A stretch of DNA of 64,000 nucleotides, taken from an uncultured virus (IMG/VR IMGVR_UViG_3300035498_001578) (taxonomy: Duplodnaviria > Heunggongvirae > Uroviricota > Caudoviricetes). The stretch lies in the IMG/VR virus record IMGVR_UViG_3300035498_001578, one strand, 5' to 3'. The notes beneath the pieces are model-generated. The model was not told where the DNA came from. It saw nothing but the letters and a program-made list of their open reading frames with translations, and searched no databases. The first letter of the stretch is position 1. Every line of letters starts with the position of its first letter. Positions 56,160-64,000 of the stretch are shown here, one piece after another. Position numbers and translations under genes: made by a program.

Positions 56160-56369
56160 TCACTTAATGTTTTGTACCATATTTTCAACTTCTAAGTTTA
56201 TTCTATCCCTTAAAAGGATATATTCAAGTTGAGCCGTATATTCAGCCTTTAACTTTTCAATTTCCCTTATTTTAATTTGCAACATTTCATATTCGCAACA
56301 CAATCCTCTATCGTACAACTTTTCAAGCCTATCCATAAAGTTTACAAATTTCTCCATAGTGTTATCCAT
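56160..56369 (-). CDS. Small hypothetical protein
   Basis: AAGGAGG RBS before MDNTMEK. Confidence 0.7.
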   Translation of the reverse strand: MDNTMEKFVNFMDRLEKLYDRGLCCEYEMLQIKIREIEKLKAEYTAQLEYILLRDRINLEVENMVQNIK

Positions 56370-56860
56370 AATGTTATCCTCCTTAAAGATAATAGTTATA
56401 TCGTGTATTGTGTTCTTTGGGTGTTCCCTTGAACTAATATTATAATACCACATATTCTGTTATTTGTCAATACCTAATTTTAAATTTTTTAAATATTTTT
56501 TATTAAAAAAATCCCTATAAAAATTCTTATAATAGAAAATATTACAATCCCTGTTATAAGCGTTTATTTTAAGTTTTAAGGCGGTATTTAATTTTATAGT
56601 ATATTTCTTTATTAAATTGATTATATAGTCTTATACAGCCTGTTACGGCGGTTATATATGGATAAAAAGAATAATTAAAAAAGATAATTAGGAAAAATAA
56701 ATAAAAACAAGTTGAGCATATAAAGAAATTTCCGCATCTATAGGATAATTAAAAAATAATCATAGAATTTTTTATTTAAGTGTTTAATAAATCATTTAAT
56801 AAGTATTGATTGAAAAGCTTAAAAAAGGATAACCCTTTTATAGGTTATCCCTTTTGTTTT

Positions 56861-57178
56861 TTAACAGTGATTATATTTTATACATTTACCTTGTTTATTA
56901 TATAATTCATATTCTAACTTTGTACTATCGTCAAAACGGATTACATAATAAGCATATTCCCAATCGTGTTTTTTATCCTCATCGTCAACCTTATCTAACG
57001 CAGCTAATACCCTATCACAATCAGCAACGCTGATTTCATTGAGTAATAAAAGATTACATTCAACACCGCCGACTAAATGAGTATTTTCAGTAATAAGGTC
57101 TTTTAATTCCTTTACAAAAATTTCCTTTGCGGTATCTCCGCATTCAATACTTATATATTGTTTATTATCCTTTTCCAT
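56861..57178 (-). CDS. Hypothetical protein
   Basis: AAGGAGG RBS before MEKDNKQ. Confidence 0.7.
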   Translation of the reverse strand: MEKDNKQYISIECGDTAKEIFVKELKDLITENTHLVGGVECNLLLLNEISVADCDRVLAALDKVDDEDKKHDWEYAYYVIRFDDSTKLEYELYNKQGKCIKYNHC

Positions 57179-57664
57179 ATTGTTTTCCTCCTTAATAGTA
57201 AATAGTGTATTGTGTTTGTTGTCTGTTCCCTTTGACAATACTATAATACCACATTTTTTATTTATTGTCAAGCATTATTTTTTAATTTTTAATAAAAAAT
57301 TCTATACGGGAATATAAATTATATTTAAAATAAAAAACAGCTGTAAAGCCTGTTATACGCTTATATATTGAATTTTAATTATTTATAGTAGTGTTTTATG
57401 GTAAATTAAATATATACTCAAATACAGCCGAATACAAGCAATATACAAGGGAATATTTAAGTAATTATAAATTAGATGTTTATAAATTAAGTGTTTGTAT
57501 TTTAAATATTTATATATTCAGAAAAACCAAACCGAATAAATATCTTATTAAATTATTTAATAAAACAACGGGGAACTAGATTGTTAAAAATTTAACAATA
57601 TTGTACAGCTTTTTAACAATCTTTTTAAATATAAAAATAGGTGGGATTTCTCCCACCTTTATTT

Positions 57665-58258
57665 TTATTCGGCTATCAATTCATAACTGTCGATATATGA
57701 CTTTGGTAAATAAGATGTACTACCTTCAACCATCCACCAATATTGCTTAAACTGATGGTTAGGCTTCATCTTAATAACTGTATATTCATTACCGTTTTTA
57801 GTTTTAACCTTGACTTTAGCACCAAAATCAATTTTTTTCAATGCACTTGATTTTGTTGTCTTGCTATTAGCCTTTTCAATACATTGTTTTCTCCAATTTA
57901 AAGCGTATTCACTATCTGTTGGAGATAACAGTTTAAGTATACTCTTTGGGCAATCATACTCATATGGTCCTTCCGTTTCATCTAATTCCTTATAAGAAAA
58001 ATTGAAATAATCCTTATTATCAACAGATGTTAAACAAACCACACCATATACAATCCTTGTATTTTCCTTATTGTTTACACGCTCAACAGCGGCGTAATAG
58101 GTACTACCTACAACGGCTGATTTCAATACTGTAAACTTTGGTGAATAATCACCGTCATTCCAATAACGCTCACTTTGCGTAAATAATTTATCGCATTCAG
58201 CCTTTTTATCGACCTTCCCATTTTTATAATTTGTTGCGTGTGTTGAAGTCCATCCCAT
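57665..58258 (-). CDS. DUF6927-like protein
   Basis: MGWT...NFSYKELDETEGPYEYDCPKSILKLLSPT..EYALNWR..C. Confidence 0.75.
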   Translation of the reverse strand: MGWTSTHATNYKNGKVDKKAECDKLFTQSERYWNDGDYSPKFTVLKSAVVGSTYYAAVERVNNKENTRIVYGVVCLTSVDNKDYFNFSYKELDETEGPYEYDCPKSILKLLSPTDSEYALNWRKQCIEKANSKTTKSSALKKIDFGAKVKVKTKNGNEYTVIKMKPNHQFKQYWWMVEGSTSYLPKSYIDSYELIAE

Positions 58259-58504
58259 AGTGTTATCCTCCTTATAATATATAAAATTCTTAAAGGTTAT
58301 TCAGTAAAGTTATTTTTGCGTTTCCTTTACTGTAATAATAGTATATCATACTTTTTTAAAATTGTCAATAGTTTTTTAAATACTTAATATTTATAATCAT
58401 TATAACTTTTATATTATACAGGCGGTTTTTTAAAATATCTTAATAAATCATTTAATAAGTATTTAAAAAAATAAAGGTGGAAAAAATCCACCCTTATATA
58501 TTGA

Positions 58505-58792
58505 TTACAAGCTAAAGTTATAATCAGCGAATAATTCAGTACCCACTTCATTACAATGAGTATACATATTACCATCATTATCCACCACATAAGCCTTATA
58601 ACCGCCCTCACACTTATTTAAGAGTGATACTAAAGCATCAAGGTGTTCTGCAAGTGCATCGTTATCATACACAAGCACACTACCAAAATCCTCAACATCT
58701 CCAGCCTTACAAGGCTGTACAAGGTTAAAGAATTTATCAAAATCAATATTATCGCAAAATACTACCATACAAGCTTCATACTTATTATCCAT
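58505..58792 (-). CDS. Hypothetical protein
   Basis: 95 aa, AAGGAGG RBS. Confidence 0.7.
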   Translation of the reverse strand: MDNKYEACMVVFCDNIDFDKFFNLVQPCKAGDVEDFGSVLVYDNDALAEHLDALVSLLNKCEGGYKAYVVDNDGNMYTHCNEVGTELFADYNFSL

Positions 58793-59347
58793 AATTTTTT
58801 CCTCCTTGCCTTTTCATAGGCTATGTTCAAAATTTTTTAAGGTTTGTTTTGTAATCACTTGATTACATATACTATTATACCACTTTTTCAAAAAAAGTCA
58901 ATAGGTTTTGTAATACTTATAACCTATATTTATTATAATTTTTATATTATACAGCCGTTATGCAAAAAAACTCTTATTAAATGATTTATTAAGCATTTAA
59001 AAAATTAGATATAACTTTTATATTCATTGAATAACCCATCTGTATACAAGAATATAGAATATATCCTATATTGTAAAAACGCTTTTTAATATTGTAAAAT
59101 ATCTATTCAGTAACATTTGAGCTGTACTGCATACCTATAATATACCCTTAAAATCGTTTATATTGCCTTGTATAGGGTTTTTATTTAACCGCTGTATAAT
59201 TCACTACTAAATATAAACCACGCTGTAAATAAGCCGTAAATACATTGTAAATACGCTGCAAGGCTGCACAAATAACTGCAAAACAATATTCAAAAATAAT
59301 ATACAATAAAAAGAGTGGGTAGTATTTTTCAACTACCCACTGTATTA

Positions 59348-60493
59348 TTAAAACTTGCTTTTAAAAGCCTTTAAGTCATTACTCTCACTGTTATAAGAAC
59401 CTTGTAACAATACTGGAAGTACCAAAGCATTGTACTCATTACCGCTAAAAAATGTGATTGATTTATCGCCCGTTGGATTGTACTCAACTGCATCAACATC
59501 AAGAATTGAGAATATTTCAAGCAAATACCTTGCATTATAGCCGATGTACAAATTATTATTGATGTTTACATTTGTTGCGGTTATCTCATCCATACTCTCA
59601 ATTTTACCCGTTGTGATAAATGAATACAATGTGTTGCTGTTAGCGTGCATAATAAGTCTATGCTTTTCAGTATCTGCAATATCATTTGCATACTTCAAAA
59701 CGCTTATAAATTCCTTTTTATCTATCATAGCACTATTTTCTGCAGTCTTGTTAGCGAAAAGTGCATTGATATTAAGAAAATTACCATTGACTTTTTTAAC
59801 TGTATACTTAAAGTCAACACCTTTTACAATAACACTCTTATTGCCTTGCATTACTGTAATAGTGTTATCTGTATTTTTTCCAATAGACTTTTTAAGAATA
59901 TGCACTGCAATCTGTGGAATAAGTACGCTGTCAGTATTCTTAATATCAATGATATTCATTTTTCTTGTTACCGCCCTAAAGCCGTCACAAGCTTCAACTT
60001 GCTTTTCTGCACTATTAAAGTTTACACATTGCAATGAAGGTCTTGCTTTTTCGGGAGATGTAAACATCACAAGGTTATTAAGTGTATCAATAAACCAATT
60101 GGTGTTAGCTGTAAACATATCTTTTTCGCTATCGTTATTCAAGTGGTTAAAGTCTGTTACTTCATAGCCTTTAAGGCTTAAAGACTTTTTGCCACAAGTA
60201 ACATTTAAAACACTCTTTTCACTATCATAGCTTAAAGTCAGCGTACCGCTCAATTTTGTTATTGCCTTAATATCTGAAAAGTCAATAGCAAAACTGTCAA
60301 TATCGCCCGTACACTCATTAAGAGTGATTTCAAGTGCCTGTTCGCTATGTCCAGCGATAACTTTTACTCCGTCTGCATCACTTATAAAGTTGATGTATAA
60401 AAAAGGTATATATGCGGATTTTTTATCAATAGCCGTTGCCACCTTTTCGATAACGCTCTTCATTTCTTTTGCTGTAATAGTCATTTTTTTCAT
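59348..60493 (-). CDS. dnaN: DNA polymerase III beta subunit (sliding clamp) homolog
   Basis: About 380 aa; RPSLQCVNF, ACDGFRA, VLIP, IGYNARYLLEI, ALVLPV. Confidence 0.8.
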   Translation of the reverse strand: MKKMTITAKEMKSVIEKVATAIDKKSAYIPFLYINFISDADGVKVIAGHSEQALEITLNECTGDIDSFAIDFSDIKAITKLSGTLTLSYDSEKSVLNVTCGKKSLSLKGYEVTDFNHLNNDSEKDMFTANTNWFIDTLNNLVMFTSPEKARPSLQCVNFNSAEKQVEACDGFRAVTRKMNIIDIKNTDSVLIPQIAVHILKKSIGKNTDNTITVMQGNKSVIVKGVDFKYTVKKVNGNFLNINALFANKTAENSAMIDKKEFISVLKYANDIADTEKHRLIMHANSNTLYSFITTGKIESMDEITATNVNINNNLYIGYNARYLLEIFSILDVDAVEYNPTGDKSITFFSGNEYNALVLPVLLQGSYNSESNDLKAFKSKF

Positions 60494-61027
60494 AATTAAG
60501 ACTCCTCTCATAAATAAAAAATATAGGTTATTCATTAAGGTTTTGTTATTTGCGTTACCCTTAATGTGATTATAGTATACTACAAATTCTGTTAAATGTC
60601 AATAGTTTTTTAAATACTTAATATTTATAATCATTATAATGTTTATGTTATACGGCTGCGATGCGATGAGCTGCATATTTTTCTAATATTATTTTTCTTA
60701 ATTATATAGAAGGAAATTTTTATATTGAAAAATATTTACTATTATATAAAGAAAAAATATATAAAGAAAAAATATATAAAAAACTTGTAAAAGAAAAATG
60801 ATAGTGGTACTGTTCCGCAGAGGGTAAATAGATTGTTAAAAATTTAACAATGTTGATATCTTAATAAATCATTTAATAAGCAAATATAAAAATTCTTATT
60901 AAAGCATTTATTAAAATCTTTTTGCTTAAAGCATACTTTATAATTACGGGTTATTCTTAATAAATCATTTAATAAGTATGCTGCAAAAAAAAAAGCAAGG
61001 GTATTTTTATACCCTTGCAATTTATAC

Positions 61028-61528
61028 TTAAATTCCCATTATCTTTTTTATTCTATTTATATCTTCCGTTGGTATTTCCCTAAATAACCACGCTGAACCA
61101 TACTTGTAAGGCTTTCCCTCATATTCAACCTCATAAAGGTCTATAGATTGAAGGTATGCTACTTTAGTCACATAATCGTTACGCAAAAACAAATTATTGT
61201 CAATACCTTCTTGAATTGCCTGTTCCTGTTCAACTGTTCCAGGGTGCATATCGTTTAAGTGATATTTTCTCCACAAGTCAACGATTTCCATAAACAATGG
61301 GTTATACTTTAAATTCTTATACAAGTCAATAACCGTTTCAAAAGCCTGTCCACCTATAAGTGTATCACTTTTAATATGGTTATATACATCAACGCAAGCT
61401 GTAAACACTAAACCCTTTTCGCATTCGCTCAAATCTAATGTTACATAAACGGGGCAGTTTTTTCTTCCTATCTTATAGCCGTCAACCTTTCCTATAAGTA
61501 TTCTTTTTTCAATAGCGTTTTTTCTCAT
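61028..61528 (-). CDS. Hypothetical protein, paralog of 53762-54238
   Basis: LWRKYHLNDMHPGT...YKYGSAWL. Confidence 0.8.
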   Translation of the reverse strand: MRKNAIEKRILIGKVDGYKIGRKNCPVYVTLDLSECEKGLVFTACVDVYNHIKSDTLIGGQAFETVIDLYKNLKYNPLFMEIVDLWRKYHLNDMHPGTVEQEQAIQEGIDNNLFLRNDYVTKVAYLQSIDLYEVEYEGKPYKYGSAWLFREIPTEDINRIKKIMGI

Positions 61529-62617
61529 AATTAAAAACTCCTCTCATATAGATAAATTTTCTAAAGGTTATTTACATTAAAGTGTGTTTTGCGTTACCCT
61601 TAATGTAAATATAGTATAGCATATTGAGTTAAAAAAGTCAATAGTTTTTAAATACTTAATATTTATAATCATTATAATTTTTTTATTATACCGCCTGCGG
61701 CGAACCCTGTACTACCTTAATAAATCATTTAATAAGGAAGGGTATCTGGATTGTTAAAAATTTAACAATATTGGTTATTTTTTTAACAATGAATGGAAAA
61801 ATAAAAAAGTCTTGTAATACCTTTATTTATTATGTTTTTATATTATTTCAATTTAAAAAATGCTTATTAAATCATTTAATAAGTATTGAACCATATAAAT
61901 ATTGTTAAAAATTTAACAATATTGAATATTTTTTTAACAAACATTGTTTAGCTTCCGTATAATATAGAAAACAAACAATATACAATAAAATCTATTTATC
62001 TGTAATCCATATTATAAGCCGTTTATTTGCCGTTTTAAGCCGTTGTAATGCTTGTTTTATGTATTTGTGTTACCGAAGTATAAAGTCCTCAAATAAGCCT
62101 ATTTACACGCTTATAAACCGCATATATTGAAAAGCATATAATGTATCGTTATTTTATAGTATAAAGTTTTTATCATTACCAATTTTTTCCATATTTATTG
62201 TTTGACTATTAAAACTATAAACATTATAAGAAAAATATATTATTGTTTTTATTTATCGATATTTAAAAATCTATATTATTTTTATTATAATATTCTATGG
62301 GTGGTATTGAAGTGTCAAAAACTGCCTATACTTTTTGTGCAATATTACAAAACAGGTTCTTATTAAAGCCTCAAATAGTAATTTTGTATAAAAAGTAATA
62401 TTAAATAAATTTATCTTTATTTAATTTGTATAACTTGTTACGGAAATGTTTCAAGTTGTTACGATTTTGTTGCGATTTCAAAATCTATTGTAACTTAATC
62501 GGTTATGTGCTATAATATAGTTGTTGAAAAAGGAAAAGGCTTGAAGTGCCTTTAAATAAAAGGCTTCCAGCACTTTTAACAATAGCACAACAAGAAATAG
62601 ATTGAGAATTTTTTAAC

Positions 62618-62891
62618 AAACTCCATAATATGACTATATAAGGTATAGTTTACCCGTTATGATATAACATATTTGTTATGAATGTTATAACGATTGAGCA
62701 ATGGGGTATAGGACCAGACCTATAACTATAATAGGTATGTGTTTTTCCTATGATAGCCCTTTGGCTATAACTTTTATTGCTTTTGAGCTATGGTAATTTT
62801 TTATATCATTTGATATAACTTTTATCCCTTTAGTCATATTACTATTATCGTAAAATGTTAAATACAACATAAGTGATATAATATGGAGGTT
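62618..62891 (+). promoter_or_regulatory. Long structured 5' leader with anti-Shine-Dalgarno pairing
   Basis: Promoter TTGTAA-17-TATAAT at 62488-62516; nested stems; CTCCATA pairs with the RBS TATGGAG. Confidence 0.55.
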
Positions 62892-62896
62892 TCGTT

Positions 62897-63394
62897 ATGA
62901 AAAATTTATTTACAAAAGTTGCAGTAAGTGTTATAATGTGTCTGTCGTTGATAATCAATGTACAAGCAAGAGAATTACCATTAACAAGAGGTATTAATAG
63001 TTATTCAAATGCTACTATTGAAGATATTCAAAAAATAACAGCAGGTACAAGGTTATCAGGATATGAACAGGTCATATTAGATACTGAGAAAGAGTATGAA
63101 GTAAATGCGTTCTTTATATTGGCAGTAGCACAGGCAGAAACAGGATTTGGTAATGCAGGTGTTGGTAGGTCAAGAAATAATTGTTTTGGTACAACTGATG
63201 GTCATGGTTACGCTTATTATGCTAACACAGGTGAAAGCGTTAAAGCATTTGGCTCTAATATCAGAAGAAATTATTTTGATAAAGGACTGTATACTTTACC
63301 TAAAATTGGTGCTAAGTATTGTACCAGTTATGGATGGGCTAAAACAGTTGAAAATAATATCAACTCTATCTATAATAAAATGATGAATAGTTAA
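62897..63394 (+). CDS. Secreted glucosaminidase-domain (GH73-like) peptidoglycan hydrolase
   Basis: Signal peptide; EKEYEVNAFFILAVAQAETGFG...NNCFG...IGAKYC...WAKTV. Confidence 0.85.
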   Translation: MKNLFTKVAVSVIMCLSLIINVQARELPLTRGINSYSNATIEDIQKITAGTRLSGYEQVILDTEKEYEVNAFFILAVAQAETGFGNAGVGRSRNNCFGTTDGHGYAYYANTGESVKAFGSNIRRNYFDKGLYTLPKIGAKYCTSYGWAKTVENNINSIYNKMMNS

Positions 63395-64000
63395 TTACAT
63401 ATTTCTAATCGTTTTTTAATTATTCATCAATTAACAAAAATAAATATTTTTAATATATAAAGGAAAATAGTTTTCTTTAAACCGTTAAATTTTTTCTTCT
63501 ATTATATTTTAAAAAAATAGCATAAATAAAAAATATAAAAGAAAGATATAGAAACTTAGTGGATATAGTTAAAGAAAAAATAATCAAAAAGAAAACTATA
63601 AAAATCCTATCCATTAAAAATATTATTTTGTAAATTATAGAAAAGTGGAGAGTTTGTTAAAGATTGCTTGGCACTCGGTTTATTTCTTTTTTAGAGTTTA
63701 TTATTATAATATTTTTAATGAAGTCGGGGTTGAGAAAATCTCGACTTTATTTTTATTCATCAATAATTATTTTTTAATAATTGTTTCTTTAAATGTTTTT
63801 TCTAAAATCTTTTTTAATATTTTTAAAAAAGTTCTTGACAAATACTAATTCTTGTGTTATCATAGGTTTATAAATTGAATAGTTGATATTCGATTTTCTT
63901 TGTTTCTATAATATACGGTTTATAGATTAAGAACAAATACTTTTTGTTGAAAAGAATTATTTATTTTCATAACTATTTATTTAAAAGAGCATATTCAAAC

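Larger units (their letters stand above)
4033..61883. repeat. Dispersed 21-bp palindrome CTTAWTAAA-N3-TTTAWTAAG (about 30 copies)
   Basis: e.g. 7782, 20452, 30470, 31691, 37819, 49556, 58439, 58973, 60860, 60956, 61716, 61863. Confidence 0.85.
31727..61919. promoter_or_regulatory. Dispersed TTGTTAA-N4-TTAACAA palindromes (Rex-box-like)
   Basis: Perfect copies at 31727, 36762, 49591, 54641, 57581, 60833, 61751, 61902; N3 variant at 44966. Confidence 0.7.

Overview
Very AT-rich DNA from a large extrachromosomal element of a low-GC Firmicute (probably a Clostridia-infecting jumbo phage; a megaplasmid cannot be excluded). No rRNA, tRNA or CRISPR array was seen. Recognisable genes: DUF932-like protein, SleB-type cell wall hydrolase, a Cas12f1-like nuclease with intact catalytic motifs, NAD-dependent DNA ligase, a solo TnpB, a DNA polymerase III beta clamp and a secreted glucosaminidase. 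Most of the window (about 15.4-61.7 kb) consists of two converging arrays of small, mostly unknown genes, each a self-contained cassette of sigmaA-type promoter, RBS, ORF and intrinsic terminator. The non-coding DNA is the most striking part, because the spacers are built from recurring parts: a 21-bp palindrome (about 30 copies), Rex-box-like palindromes at a near-fixed distance from it, a promoter-proximal element that moves by one helical turn between promoter classes, and about 20 copies of a ~110-bp element with 10-11-bp GC periodicity. The window also holds a bacterial-style oriC-like locus (DnaA-box cluster, DnaA-trios, AT-rich region) and three candidate structured RNAs, one of which could be a trans-encoded scaffold for the orphan Cas12f. 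Family names come from motif recognition by eye, and copy numbers are manual counts; no searches were run.
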